From a virus (lineage: Duplodnaviria; Caudoviricetes): a stretch of 50,963 nt of DNA. Shown here in pieces: positions 1 through 9,873 of the stretch (position 1 is its first letter; each line of letters starts with the position of its first letter). The position numbers and the translations under genes are program-made. The notes beneath the pieces were generated by a model. It saw only the letters and a list, made by a program, of their open reading frames with translations. It made no database searches and was not told the DNA's origin. Where the stretch lies: the IMG/VR virus record IMGVR_UViG_3300025520_000101, positions 1-50,963 of that record. One strand, 5' to 3'.

Positions 1-3000
1 AAGATTCAATCTAACGACAGAAGGCTTGAGGTCTTTTTTACAGGAACAGCGACGGTAACTTATAACACCGGACAAACAGCTACGGATGACGATGTGAAAT
101 CACAAGCAGAGATCATCGATGGAGGCGATGAAGTAGAGACATTCGCACTCATTGAAGAACTTGATCCGTTGATGGTGGAAATCGATGCGCCGACAGAAAT
201 GCTTGATACTGAGAAATTCGCTATTGTAGACAGCTCAACATTTCCTTTTGGAGTCACGAGAACCGTTGAAATAGATGGCGTGACGCTATCGCCAAGTGAT
301 GCTGAAAACTTTATTTCCGGAAATCATATATTCCCACTTCTAGGAGTAGACAAGGTATACACCTACAAGGTGCACTATGATGATGGCAAAGGCCTTGTAC
401 TCACCTTCGCCGATTATGTCGTTGTCTACTCAACAAAGCCAAAGGCTCAATTTAAGGTAACGGGAACGTTTAAAGAAAACAGGCTGATTACAGCAAATAC
501 GGATGTATCAAATGTAAATTCGGCATATCTTAAAGCCAATGCAACCATAAACACAAATTTCTTCATGGCTCGAAATGTCGATGGAGATAACAGCATAATA
601 AAGTTTGGCGCTCAAAACACATCAACATTAAGCTACATCGTAAAGGCTGAAGCTGCTATCAAGATGGAGATGCAGGTTTCAGCATCAATCCCTCAGAGTA
701 AGATTCAACGTTCTGACATTCCTTCCGGCTATCATACTTCCGACATCTATAAATATGATTTATTTGTGCTTCCGGATTATGAACCGGCTCTCATAGCAAA
801 CATATGGAACGGTGTGCTTACTAGAAATGAAACACTGGATTTTTACTATGACGCTGCGAGCGTGGATGAAGACATCATAAGTGTTAATTCCTATAAAATT
901 TTCTACGACACTAACGGCGATAATATTCCTGAAACACTTGTAAGACAAGGAAATTATGCTGATTTTACAACTTATAAACCGGACAAGCTTGGTTATTACA
1001 AGATTGAATTCTACGCTGAAGAAACTTTTGGCCAACCGACATTACCACAATTCATCACAGAAGCAGATAAAAGAAAATTCACTCTAGAAAGAGAATTTTT
1101 CGTTGACAACCTGGCTCCGATGACAAAGATTTATACTGACATCGAATATAATTTTCCTCAAGCCGATGTCATTGTTTTGAACGATCAAGGCATAACTAGA
1201 GAGCTTAACAACACCATCGTCCAAGAAAGAGTAAACTGGATTAATGGATTAAGACAATCTGGTATTTTGGGCAGTGTTCAAGTTTGGGATCTATACACAT
1301 ACATCTATGACAAGCCCGCATCTACTACTCGAAATACCGGATCTAGTTATCCTTCGGCAACAACGAGTTTTTCGTCCGACGGATATTCTGGAACACTTTC
1401 ACGCTATAGTGTAACAAACAATCCATACCAAGTGGACAATGGGTATTATAGAACCGTGACGGAATCCAGTACGGGTTATGCCGACGTTCCCAATACATCT
1501 GGCGGAACAGCAGTGTACGAATACAGAGCTTCGGGATGGTCAATGGTCAGTGGATGGTCTGGATCGGATTTGCCTAGCACAATGTCATATAGTAGTGGTG
1601 GATGGACAGGAACACTCAGCAAAGTAGGTGGTACAGATTATTCGGACCCTCCGCCGAGCGGAACGGCAGCTATCGGAACGAGGTATTACAGACAGTTTTA
1701 CTGGATTGCGCATTATCAAGGCCCTATTTCAAGACAGGTACAAGTTTGGCAATCGAATTGGGTTTGGTACGACGATTACACCGGATACTATTCCGGAACG
1801 ATCTACAAAAACGTGAAGCAAACCTTCACACCGACATTCAGAAACACAGCCGATAAGTACCTAGTCTACTTCGCTGATTCAAATATAAACAATCTTGCAG
1901 ACGTCCAGTATATCAAGAACAGAGGTGCTGTAAAGGTAATTTTAGTTGGTAAAGCAAGCACCAAGGCGCAGCTCGCACATGATTATTATATTGATTCATC
2001 AAAACCTTTGGCGGATGTGCTAGCTGAGATCAACAACTTGGTAAAGACAAACAATCCTATCGAAAATCGACAACTGGTGCTTGTTGGCCAGACATTTGCG
2101 TTAAACAAGGCCGACTATGATGATGAAAACGATCCAATAACGCAAATCGGGTATCAATACGTGCATGACGCAAATTACTATGATAACAGCACGGGACTTG
2201 AAACCGGAGCAAGAGCTGCGTTCAGTACGAACAAGACTGATTATGTGAGTACGGTAAAAACATCATTTACAAAGCCAGGGAAATATACTATCTATAGACA
2301 AATCGTAGATGCGCCGACAGGAATGCCTGCTTATGCTAAAGATTCAAACACGCCAGCACTAGAAATTTTTGTGCATCGAAAACCAATCGCAGATTTCACT
2401 CTCGATTGGGATTATAATGCCGGTTCTGCAACCTACCTGACAACATGGGTTGACAAGTCATACGATTTAGATCATCAGTTTTCGGATCCTCAAAAGGGTA
2501 TTCGTGATCGTAAGATCATGTATCGCAAGACATCCGGTGATAATATTTGGATTTATGCAATACCGAATAATCTTACATCTGGCACCTATGAACTAAGATA
2601 TGCTGTAAAAGATATTGAAGGTGTGTGGTCCGACGATAAAACAATGATATTTACACTTAATCCTGAAGTGCCTATGCAATTTTCAGCAGAACTCAGATCG
2701 TCAATTCCTGAAATGCTGCTAACCAAATTTACCATAGGAAATGATGTAGAGTGGTATGATGTTTGGACACGTTTTCCATATGCCCACAGGCTCGATATTT
2801 CGCTTTGGGATGGACTTTCAAGAGTGACGGCGCTTCCTATTAAAACGGTCACTTATACCGGCACAAACGCTACGAAAATCGGTAATGACTACTACTGGAA
2901 CAACATTAACTACACAATCCCGAAAGGGATTGGCCTTCAGGAAAAAACGTACCAAGTAAGGATAGAAGCTATATCAAATTCAAATCCAAACAATAAAATT

Positions 3001-3738
3001 ACAATAAATCGCAATGTGACGCTCATCAATAACACAGCTCCAACTGTTAGTTTTACAGGTCAGCAACCGACTACGGTTTATGAAGGGGATACAATTAGAA
3101 ACACGATTCTCCCAATCGATGCCGATGGCGACCGACTAACAATCCAGTACTATGTAGCAAAACCTGGTCAATCTTTCGTATTGTTCAAAACATATATCAA
3201 CGTACAGCAAGGTGTTCCGTTTGTGCTCGATGATGTGATTGATGTTGATTCAGGAAACTATCAGTTTAGAGTTGTTGTAAATGATGGAAATGGAGGAGTA
3301 GGTCAGGCAGAAAAGACAATCGGTGTAAATCCTTTTGAAGTAACATCATATTCACTACTTCCAAGTGATCCAATGGCAGGTGACATGCTTTACTTTAATG
3401 TGGCGACAACCGGTTATGTCGATAAAATTGAAATCATCCTGGAATCTGACATTGTATCAAATGACAACCGTGTTTCCATGGGGTATAATGCGGTCAATTA
3501 CCAAGGCAATAGCATAGTTTTCTCAATATCCCCAATAACTTTGACATCAAACAAAACGTATCAGTACATTGCATGGGTAAGTACACCTCAGTCAGTCACA
3601 TTAAAAGGTGTAAGAAACCGTGCTCCATATACTTTTACGATCAGGGCTTGGCGTGGGGCGAGATATAAAGATTACTTCATCACAAGGGATATTAAAGGCG
3701 ATGTAAGGCAAACGCTCAAGATGGGTATTGGCGATTGA
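1..3738 (+). CDS. Very large putative surface/secreted beta-rich protein (Ig/PKD-like modules, degenerate vWA-like segment), 5'-truncated by the window; candidate adhesin
   Basis: Frame is open from base 1 (KIQSNDRRLEVFF...). T/S/Y/G-rich, with HRKPIADF, NTAPTVSF and YQFRVVVNDGNGG Ig/PKD-type motifs. Confidence 0.6.
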   Translation, partial: KIQSNDRRLEVFFTGTATVTYNTGQTATDDDVKSQAEIIDGGDEVETFALIEELDPLMVEIDAPTEMLDTEKFAIVDSSTFPFGVTRTVEIDGVTLSPSDAENFISGNHIFPLLGVDKVYTYKVHYDDGKGLVLTFADYVVVYSTKPKAQFKVTGTFKENRLITANTDVSNVNSAYLKANATINTNFFMARNVDGDNSIIKFGAQNTSTLSYIVKAEAAIKMEMQVSASIPQSKIQRSDIPSGYHTSDIYKYDLFVLPDYEPALIANIWNGVLTRNETLDFYYDAASVDEDIISVNSYKIFYDTNGDNIPETLVRQGNYADFTTYKPDKLGYYKIEFYAEETFGQPTLPQFITEADKRKFTLEREFFVDNLAPMTKIYTDIEYNFPQADVIVLNDQGITRELNNTIVQERVNWINGLRQSGILGSVQVWDLYTYIYDKPASTTRNTGSSYPSATTSFSSDGYSGTLSRYSVTNNPYQVDNGYYRTVTESSTGYADVPNTSGGTAVYEYRASGWSMVSGWSGSDLPSTMSYSSGGWTGTLSKVGGTDYSDPPPSGTAAIGTRYYRQFYWIAHYQGPISRQVQVWQSNWVWYDDYTGYYSGTIYKNVKQTFTPTFRNTADKYLVYFADSNINNLADVQYIKNRGAVKVILVGKASTKAQLAHDYYIDSSKPLADVLAEINNLVKTNNPIENRQLVLVGQTFALNKADYDDENDPITQIGYQYVHDANYYDNSTGLETGARAAFSTNKTDYVSTVKTSFTKPGKYTIYRQIVDAPTGMPAYAKDSNTPALEIFVHRKPIADFTLDWDYNAGSATYLTTWVDKSYDLDHQFSDPQKGIRDRKIMYRKTSGDNIWIYAIPNNLTSGTYELRYAVKDIEGVWSDDKTMIFTLNPEVPMQFSAELRSSIPEMLLTKFTIGNDVEWYDVWTRFPYAHRLDISLWDGLSRVTALPIKTVTYTGTNATKIGNDYYWNNINYTIPKGIGLQEKTYQVRIEAISNSNPNNKITINRNVTLINNTAPTVSFTGQQPTTVYEGDTIRNTILPIDADGDRLTIQYYVAKPGQSFVLFKTYINVQQGVPFVLDDVIDVDSGNYQFRVVVNDGNGGVGQAEKTIGVNPFEVTSYSLLPSDPMAGDMLYFNVATTGYVDKIEIILESDIVSNDNRVSMGYNAVNYQGNSIVFSISPITLTSNKTYQYIAWVSTPQSVTLKGVRNRAPYTFTIRAWRGARYKDYFITRDIKGDVRQTLKMGIGD

Positions 3739-3750
3739 TTTATGAAGTAA

Positions 3751-3777
3751 AGCCAGTGGGAAATTTGCCCACTGGCT
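3751..3777 (+). terminator. GC-rich hairpin after the large gene
   Basis: AGCCAGTGGG-aaatttg-CCCACTGGCT, perfect 10-bp stem; no clear U tract. Confidence 0.5.
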
Positions 3778-3797
3778 ATAATTAATGGAGGTAAAAC

Positions 3798-4763
3798 ATG
3801 AAACAAAGTGATATTTTAGAAGAGAGTAATATTATGTTGCGATACAATTTAAGGCATCGAATTATTACAGCGATGGAAAGTTATAGATTGTCATTTGAAC
3901 AACTATCTGCATTAGCGAATAATAAAGTTACACCTGAACAACTTGAAAGTTTTGTTCGTGGTAACTATCCAAATATTAATGGCATATACCTAATGAGAAT
4001 ATGTTCCATCCTAGGTATTAGTATTTCAACCATTGCTCGAGGTTATTTTAGTTATTATGAAAGCAATGAAGAAAGAGGTGCAATAGAAGGTATTATTAAT
4101 AAATCAAGAGAGGTAGAATTATTGATTAAAAGCTTAGGAGGACATATGAAAAAAACAGCTCAAGATCTATTAACAGGAAATACGCTCATCGTCGGAGGGC
4201 CTGGTACTGGTAAAACTTATTTAACGATGGAATTTATTAAAGAGTTAGAAGAGGTTAAAAATTCAAAAATTCTAGTTGTAGATTATGAAAATGAATATGA
4301 AGAATTTAATGGAAAATTCAGTAATCTAAAATCATTTTATGAGATTGGAAAAGCAATTCCTGAATCAATTCCTGGTTGGGATAAACATACATTTTTAGTT
4401 CCAAAAGTAAGATCTAGCGATATGTATAATTATTTAAGAAATAATGCTCAAATTGAACTTGAAAAGATTCTAACACATGCACTTAATAATGATTTCAATT
4501 TGCTTTTCTTAAGCCCAAATGCTGTTTCATATTTTTTAATTGATCACATTGAAAACTATCAAGAATATTTAAAAAAGATTAAAGTGGTAGTACAAGTGCA
4601 CGCTTTGGGTTTCTGTGCAGATGTGAACTTAGAAAAGTTCATGAACATCATTGTGTTTGCTAGTCATGATGTATATACTACTGATCTATTGAAAAAGACT
4701 TTTGAAATTGATGTAAAAAAGTTAAGTTATCAAAAACGTGGCGAGTATCAGGTACTAAAATAG
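3798..4763 (+). CDS. XRE-like HTH fused to a HerA/VirB4-like P-loop ATPase domain
   Basis: N-terminal SFEQLSALA...LMRICSILGISISTI HTH pattern; Walker A GGPGTGKT followed by VVDYENEY; SD GGAGG. Confidence 0.7.
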   Translation: MKQSDILEESNIMLRYNLRHRIITAMESYRLSFEQLSALANNKVTPEQLESFVRGNYPNINGIYLMRICSILGISISTIARGYFSYYESNEERGAIEGIINKSREVELLIKSLGGHMKKTAQDLLTGNTLIVGGPGTGKTYLTMEFIKELEEVKNSKILVVDYENEYEEFNGKFSNLKSFYEIGKAIPESIPGWDKHTFLVPKVRSSDMYNYLRNNAQIELEKILTHALNNDFNLLFLSPNAVSYFLIDHIENYQEYLKKIKVVVQVHALGFCADVNLEKFMNIIVFASHDVYTTDLLKKTFEIDVKKLSYQKRGEYQVLK

Positions 4764-4791
4764 TCTCAGGGTTATTGAAATAAGAAGTATT

Positions 4792-4820
4792 AAGGGCACA
4801 TAAATTTGTGCTCTTTTTTA
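4792..4820 (+). terminator. Rho-independent terminator
   Basis: AAGGGCACA-taaatt-TGTGCTCTT followed by a T run. Confidence 0.65.
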
Positions 4821-4831
4821 CAACCATTGTG

Positions 4832-4860
4832 TTTACATGGTGATATCACTGTGATATAAT
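4832..4860 (+). promoter_or_regulatory. Sigma-A promoter with extended -10 and a palindrome in the spacer
   Basis: TTTACA-17 bp-TATAAT with TG at the extended position; spacer holds GTGATATCAC. Confidence 0.7.
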
Positions 4861-4894
4861 GTAAGTAACAAATAATATATTTGAGGTGAAATCC

Positions 4895-5080
4895 ATGGAA
4901 TACGTTGTTATTTATGAAGACAGAGATCGCATAATTAAAGATGAAGTTGTATCCGGAAATGTTAGTGCAAGAATTCGTCAAATCGAATCTAGTGGAGGTT
5001 ATTTTCTCCGCTTAATGAAGAAAGAAACTTATGATCAAGCAAAGGCTAAAAGAAAAAGGGTAAGCTCATGGAGCGATTGA
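4895..5080 (+). CDS. Small hypothetical protein
   Basis: SD GAGGTG, ATG 4895; first gene after the promoter. Confidence 0.6.
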   Translation: MEYVVIYEDRDRIIKDEVVSGNVSARIRQIESSGGYFLRLMKKETYDQAKAKRKRVSSWSD

Positions 5081-5331
5081 ATACTATTGACCTTGCACTA
5101 GAGATCAATAGTATCAGCAACCATCTCTCATCTTTATCTCACGAAATGAATAGGCTCATTCATCAGTTTGATTCTCATATGTTAGCGGATGAAGATTTAA
5201 AAAAACTCATCCTTCTGCTTGATGAAAATACTATTTGTCACTTCCAATCCACCATTTTTAATATCCGATCTTTTGATGCAATGGTTGAATTGATTAAACT
5301 CTCGGGAGGGTTATATGAAAAAGTTTGGTAA
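5068..5331 (+). CDS. Hypothetical protein
   Basis: Overlaps both neighbours in operon fashion. Confidence 0.55.
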   Translation: MERLNTIDLALEINSISNHLSSLSHEMNRLIHQFDSHMLADEDLKKLILLLDENTICHFQSTIFNIRSFDAMVELIKLSGGLYEKVW

Positions 5332-5674
5332 GGTTATGATAACTATAATGTTGGTCAATTTTTTACTAAGTGCAGGCCTTGGTCTTTATTATGCAGGTCC
5401 GGTAATGGATGAAAATGATATTGGTGTTCTTGATCTCGTTATCAGTTCTGAAAGTCGCAGCGTATTCAAAGAAGAAGTAGTAAAAGCAAACAACGAGAAA
5501 GCATATGGCATTGTTTCGGCTTTCTTTGGATATCTGATCGATGAAATTTCAGTCGATCCGAATGCAAAAGCATTTGAAGAATATAGCGAAGATGCGTTTG
5601 ACTTTGAAGCCTTAATTCGTGAAAAGGAAAAAATGGACAAAATATACGACGAAGAATATTCCTCGAATCCATGA
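5315..5674 (+). CDS. Hypothetical protein with N-terminal TM/signal segment
   Basis: SD GGAGG; hydrophobic VMITIMLVNFLLSAGLGLYY. Confidence 0.65.
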   Translation: MKKFGKVMITIMLVNFLLSAGLGLYYAGPVMDENDIGVLDLVISSESRSVFKEEVVKANNEKAYGIVSAFFGYLIDEISVDPNAKAFEEYSEDAFDFEALIREKEKMDKIYDEEYSSNP

Positions 5675-5703
5675 ATTTAAGATTGCGTAAGGAGACATTT
5701 TAT

Positions 5704-5949
5704 ATGAGAATATGCTTTAACTGCAAGTATAAGAGAGTTGTAAATAGTCTGGACAAGAGTGAATCCTTTAAAGGAATGATTCATGCAAAAGACAACATCT
5801 ATGTTGAGTGTTTGAAGGGCAATTCGCACAGAATGGCAGAGCTATACAAGGATTATTCGCACATGGTGTTTGGCTCGTTAGAATATAAGGAATTTGATTG
5901 TCATGAGACTCCCGATGCCACTCTTTGTTTGGGGCATTATGCTTGTTAA
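5704..5949 (+). CDS. Small Cys-rich hypothetical protein
   Basis: SD AGGAG, ATG 5704; CFNC plus further Cys. Confidence 0.55.
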   Translation: MRICFNCKYKRVVNSLDKSESFKGMIHAKDNIYVECLKGNSHRMAELYKDYSHMVFGSLEYKEFDCHETPDATLCLGHYAC

Positions 5950-5979
5950 TCAATCTTGTAAGTATTTATTATTTTGTAA

Positions 5980-6044
5980 TGTAACTCGTTTTTGATTGCC
6001 TGGTCGCATCGATCGCCGGCTGCAGGAAGCAATATTGAGTCACA
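5980..6044 (+). repeat. 65-bp TGTAACTC...GAGTCACA unit, copy A
   Basis: 64/65 identical to the reverse complement of 25191-25255; same length and termini as 11791 and 19000. Confidence 0.9.
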
Positions 6045-6069
6045 AATATTATTTTGAAAGGATGTAATT

Positions 6070-6423
6070 ATGAAAAATTTAAAGCAAATGAGGTTATCTA
6101 AACTTGTAAATGATTCAAACCCAGACTCAAAATTTATTAGAGATATGATAGAACAAAGCATCTCTTTTGTTGAAGATCACACAGAGTTACTTAGTGTCGA
6201 TGTAGTATCATTGGACGATATTTTTGATTTAAGACCAGATGAAATTATTAGTATCAACAAGTGCTACATTCAAAAGGTTATTGCATTTCACACCAACTTT
6301 ATAGCTATTGGGAAATGGATGGAAGATGATGCAAAACTATACACGATCATGTTCGCTAGCACCAAACCCGATGCGTTTGTTTACGATGTAAAAAATGATT
6401 TTGGGATTGAAATTAAACGATAA
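6070..6423 (+). CDS. Hypothetical protein
   Basis: SD AAAGGA directly after unit A. Confidence 0.65.
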   Translation: MKNLKQMRLSKLVNDSNPDSKFIRDMIEQSISFVEDHTELLSVDVVSLDDIFDLRPDEIISINKCYIQKVIAFHTNFIAIGKWMEDDAKLYTIMFASTKPDAFVYDVKNDFGIEIKR

Positions 6424-6458
6424 ACGGGATAGTCAGATATTATATTTTGGAGGTTTAA

Positions 6459-6665
6459 GTGATTTTTAGTGATTCGGTTATTGAAGGTATCAGTTTTATA
6501 GCACGATTACTGTGTTGGTGGGGAATATCCTTTGCTCTTATTTACATTGGATCTAAATTTTACTTTGTAGATAAGTTAAGCGTGAAAATCAAATTAATGC
6601 TTATCGTAGTTGTTATCTTATTTTCAAGAGTTGCATCAGAACTCATAGTATCAGGATTACTTTAA
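6459..6665 (+). CDS. Small membrane protein (2 TM)
   Basis: SD GGAGG, GTG start, two hydrophobic stretches. Confidence 0.6.
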   Translation: MIFSDSVIEGISFIARLLCWWGISFALIYIGSKFYFVDKLSVKIKLMLIVVVILFSRVASELIVSGLL

Positions 6666-6693
6666 AATCTTTGAGCAAGGAGAAGTTCAGGAG

Positions 6694-6858
6694 ATGAACA
6701 ATAGAAATAAGGAATTATTAGAACATATCAACAAGAAGCGTGCTGCAAATGATAAGAAAAAGTTCAGATTGGCTCTTATAATTTCATTGATGCCAATTAT
6801 TATTTTTGTTCTGTATCATGCCATTGCTGTAATATATGCTCTGTTTTTTAATAGCTAA
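6694..6858 (+). CDS. 54-aa membrane protein (not in ORF track)
   Basis: MNNRNKELLEHINKKRAANDKKKFRLALIISLMPIIIFVLYHAIAVIYALFFNS*, preceded by AAGGAG. Confidence 0.55.
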   Translation: MNNRNKELLEHINKKRAANDKKKFRLALIISLMPIIIFVLYHAIAVIYALFFNS

Positions 6859-6914
6859 TAGATAATTAGATTCTAATTTGCCCAAATGGGCTTTTTTCAT
6901 TAGGAGGGGTAATT

Positions 6915-7517
6915 TTGACAAGAAAAAAAGATGTTAAAAGCATCAAAGAATATGCAGCTGAAATTGTTGAAAAATTTGAACGATGGAACAATATACACAC
7001 GCATGGCGGTAGTGATCCTTTTTGGCCTGATGGATCTAATCTAATGCTCATTAGAAATCATATTATCCATGCAAAAAGAGGATTAGAAGAATACTGCGAA
7101 AGTAATAATCTTGAGCTACCAAACGAATATTATTTCCCGACACCAGATGAAGTAGATCGAGATTACATGGCCAGAAAAGATGAAATCATTGAAAAGGCAA
7201 AAGCTGATTTTTCTGTTATTTCCAATGACGAGGATTTTAAATTTTTACAAGGCACGTACACGCTTATCAATGATAAGAAAGTCAGAGAAGAAGCGCAAAG
7301 TATAGTCCGTAGGCTCGAACCAAACTTCAACGATTTAGTGGTTTTAAGAAGGTACAACCGCAGTGTTGAATGGGATATGAAGCGCCTTAAAGAATTCTTG
7401 GAAAAACATAGAGATTCTATGCTGTTAGGTTTTAATGCTGCGGACCATGAAAGGGATGATGAAGAATTAAATGATGATTATTTTGAAGATGATGATTACC
7501 AGTTTGAAGAGGAATAA
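6915..7517 (+). CDS. Hypothetical protein with acidic C-terminal tail
   Basis: SD AGGAGG, TTG start; GGSDPFWPDG motif; ends DDYFEDDDYQFEEE. Confidence 0.75.
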   Translation: MTRKKDVKSIKEYAAEIVEKFERWNNIHTHGGSDPFWPDGSNLMLIRNHIIHAKRGLEEYCESNNLELPNEYYFPTPDEVDRDYMARKDEIIEKAKADFSVISNDEDFKFLQGTYTLINDKKVREEAQSIVRRLEPNFNDLVVLRRYNRSVEWDMKRLKEFLEKHRDSMLLGFNAADHERDDEELNDDYFEDDDYQFEEE

Positions 7518-7558
7518 CGGTTTTTCAATAACCAATACGACTTGAAAGGAGGAGGGGC

Positions 7559-8386
7559 ATGCTTAACAAGAAAATTCATGAGATTCTAACGGAGATTGCT
7601 TTAAAAACTTATCCTGATGTTAAACACGTGAAATTCTACTTGGATATTGAAAACAGAGAAATGAAGTCATTTCATGGCGACTGGTCATTACCTTCAAATA
7701 GAGGGTATGCAACAATTCGAATATTCAATTTATCTCGTGGAACTAAGGATATCATCAAGACTTCTATTCATGAGCTGGCACATAACACCGAGTACTCTAT
7801 CTATAAAAAAACTGGACATTCTAAGCGCTTCTATGAAGTTTATAAAAAGCTTCTTACAACCGCCATACACATGAATCTATTTTCACTCAATGACATGGAT
7901 GATGTTGATTCAAAACATGATCTTGATATGTTGATCAAACATCATGGGCCTATTACACTGGATGAATCAAAAGTGGATGCTTATAAAGGCGACATCGCTA
8001 TTGTGAAGATTAAAAATTCCTATGATATTAAAGATCAGTTGAAGGAGCTTGGATACATTTATAATGCTCTTGAGAAATGTTGGAACACCGAGATTAGTAA
8101 ATCCGAACTTAATTCTCATCTTGTAAAAATCAAAGCGCTGACACAAGAATCAAACATCATTGTAACGGATTACTCAGACTTAAAAATTGATACTTATGGC
8201 TACCTGATCGTTTCTGGTAACACATACGCTATAAAGGACGATCTCAAATCTACTGGATTCATTTTTAATGGATATAACATCGGAACTAATGCTTGGGTGA
8301 AAAAAATCCTGATGAAAGATAAAGATGTCGAAATTATGAATCTTAAGAAATATGATTCTATACATGTATCGATGAAAACTATATAA
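7559..8386 (+). CDS. SprT/WLM-like zincin metallopeptidase with two C-terminal repeats
   Basis: IHELAH...GHSKRFY (HExxH plus third His); repeats SYDIKDQLKELGY..W and TYAIKDDLKSTGF..W. Confidence 0.7.
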   Translation: MLNKKIHEILTEIALKTYPDVKHVKFYLDIENREMKSFHGDWSLPSNRGYATIRIFNLSRGTKDIIKTSIHELAHNTEYSIYKKTGHSKRFYEVYKKLLTTAIHMNLFSLNDMDDVDSKHDLDMLIKHHGPITLDESKVDAYKGDIAIVKIKNSYDIKDQLKELGYIYNALEKCWNTEISKSELNSHLVKIKALTQESNIIVTDYSDLKIDTYGYLIVSGNTYAIKDDLKSTGFIFNGYNIGTNAWVKKILMKDKDVEIMNLKKYDSIHVSMKTI

Positions 8387-8398
8387 GGGGTGAAAAAC

Positions 8399-9214
8399 AT
8401 GAAAAATCCATTTAATCTCAGCAATTTTAGAATCGAATCGCTCAATGTTGATACTTTTGTTGTCAGATCAGATAGCGAGCGCTTCGGGAAAGGTGCAATT
8501 ACATTTGAAAGCTTTTCTAGAAATGATTGTGTAGAATATATATTCAATAATTCGGATCCCGTAAAGCCATCGTATTATGTCATTGAAGATTTGAGCACTT
8601 GGAGCTCAAATGCTGCTGTAAAAAGCAAGATTGAGCGTTTTGATACGTTTATAGATGCGATTAAGGCTTTTGATAGGTATCGTTCAAATCCTTATGATTA
8701 TACAGATGAAAAGGCAAGACTTACTCTTGGCGTATCCGTGGGCAACGCCGAGGTAGACATCATTCATGTAAGGGGTGATAAGAATTGTCTTGTTGCCGAT
8801 TTTATAGGATCTCCAGCGATAAACACCAATAAGTACTTTCTTAATAATATGATGAGCTTAAATAATCTCATCGGTATCGATCGAATCAGGTTGTATAATA
8901 CTGGTGGATTTTCAGATGTTGAATACAAAGACTGGACAAATATGTTCTTTAAAGACGCATCAATGGATGAATATGTTAGAACGTGTAATAGCTGCAAGAA
9001 CGATATGTTTGAAGGCTATCTGTTGGAAGTGAGCGGTGACACATACTGTTCGGAGGAATGTCTACACTTAGAAGTCTCTCCAGATGAATATGAAGAGTTT
9101 TTTGAATCAGGCGATGCATGCTGGACAACATTCCCTATTCCGGATGGTTATATGCTTGATGATGTGCAGGATTATAAAGTATTAGTTGATGAAGAAATGG
9201 ATATGGAGGTGTAA
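8399..9214 (+). CDS. Hypothetical multidomain protein with C-terminal Zn finger
   Basis: CNSC...YCSEEC; acidic tail DEEMDMEV. Confidence 0.7.
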   Translation: MKNPFNLSNFRIESLNVDTFVVRSDSERFGKGAITFESFSRNDCVEYIFNNSDPVKPSYYVIEDLSTWSSNAAVKSKIERFDTFIDAIKAFDRYRSNPYDYTDEKARLTLGVSVGNAEVDIIHVRGDKNCLVADFIGSPAINTNKYFLNNMMSLNNLIGIDRIRLYNTGGFSDVEYKDWTNMFFKDASMDEYVRTCNSCKNDMFEGYLLEVSGDTYCSEECLHLEVSPDEYEEFFESGDACWTTFPIPDGYMLDDVQDYKVLVDEEMDMEV

Positions 9215-9215
9215 A

Positions 9216-9452
9216 ATGAAACGAGTTGGAACATACAAATCGTTCAAGCTTTATGAAGTGACGGAAAAAGATATTTATGAGTCTGGGGGCGCTGAAAGCA
9301 CCTATGTTAAAGGTTCGATTTTGATCTTTCTTCCGGATGATGATAATCCTTCTTTTCGATACGAAGAATGGAACGCTGATTCCATGCAAGAAGCAAAAGA
9401 TTTTATTGATAGTCATGAAATCAATGACGCTGAAGATGAATATGAGAGGTGA
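9216..9452 (+). CDS. Small acidic hypothetical protein
   Basis: SD GGAGGTG, ATG 9216. Confidence 0.65.
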   Translation: MKRVGTYKSFKLYEVTEKDIYESGGAESTYVKGSILIFLPDDDNPSFRYEEWNADSMQEAKDFIDSHEINDAEDEYER

Positions 9453-9483
9453 GTTTGATTAATAAGTATATTGGAGAAAATTT

Positions 9484-9837
9484 ATGGATAAAGAAAATTA
9501 TAATGTAAAAGAAAAAATCTATTTTGTACCATACTATGCGAATGGTTCCGGATTCTGGGGATTGCTTTTTTATTTCGTTTTGGAAAAAATATTTAGGAGA
9601 ATAAGCTTAAAGAGCATTCTAACGAAAGTAAGAAAATTGTCTTTGCTATCCTCTTTATTGGTCCTACTGTTTCTTGTTGGGTGGTTTAGTTTTTCAATAT
9701 TAATACCTTCACTAGAAGTATCTAATATAACTCTCGATGAGATATTTAAAAATGAAATAAGTCATGAGAAGCTACTGCGATTCAAGATTGAAGTTGATGA
9801 AAGAAGTTCATTTATCAGGAGCGATCCAATAAATTAA
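9484..9837 (+). CDS. Membrane protein
   Basis: Two hydrophobic segments; SD GGAG. Confidence 0.55.
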   Translation: MDKENYNVKEKIYFVPYYANGSGFWGLLFYFVLEKIFRRISLKSILTKVRKLSLLSSLLVLLFLVGWFSFSILIPSLEVSNITLDEIFKNEISHEKLLRFKIEVDERSSFIRSDPIN

Positions 9838-9873
9838 ATTCACAAAATAGAATAATAACCTGAAGGAGAATTT

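Noticed and set aside
5980-6044. 65-bp units as twister/pistol ribozymes or classic DDE MITEs
   Set aside because: I could not match ribozyme consensus cores by eye, and flanks show no consistent target-site duplication; an Rfam search is still needed.
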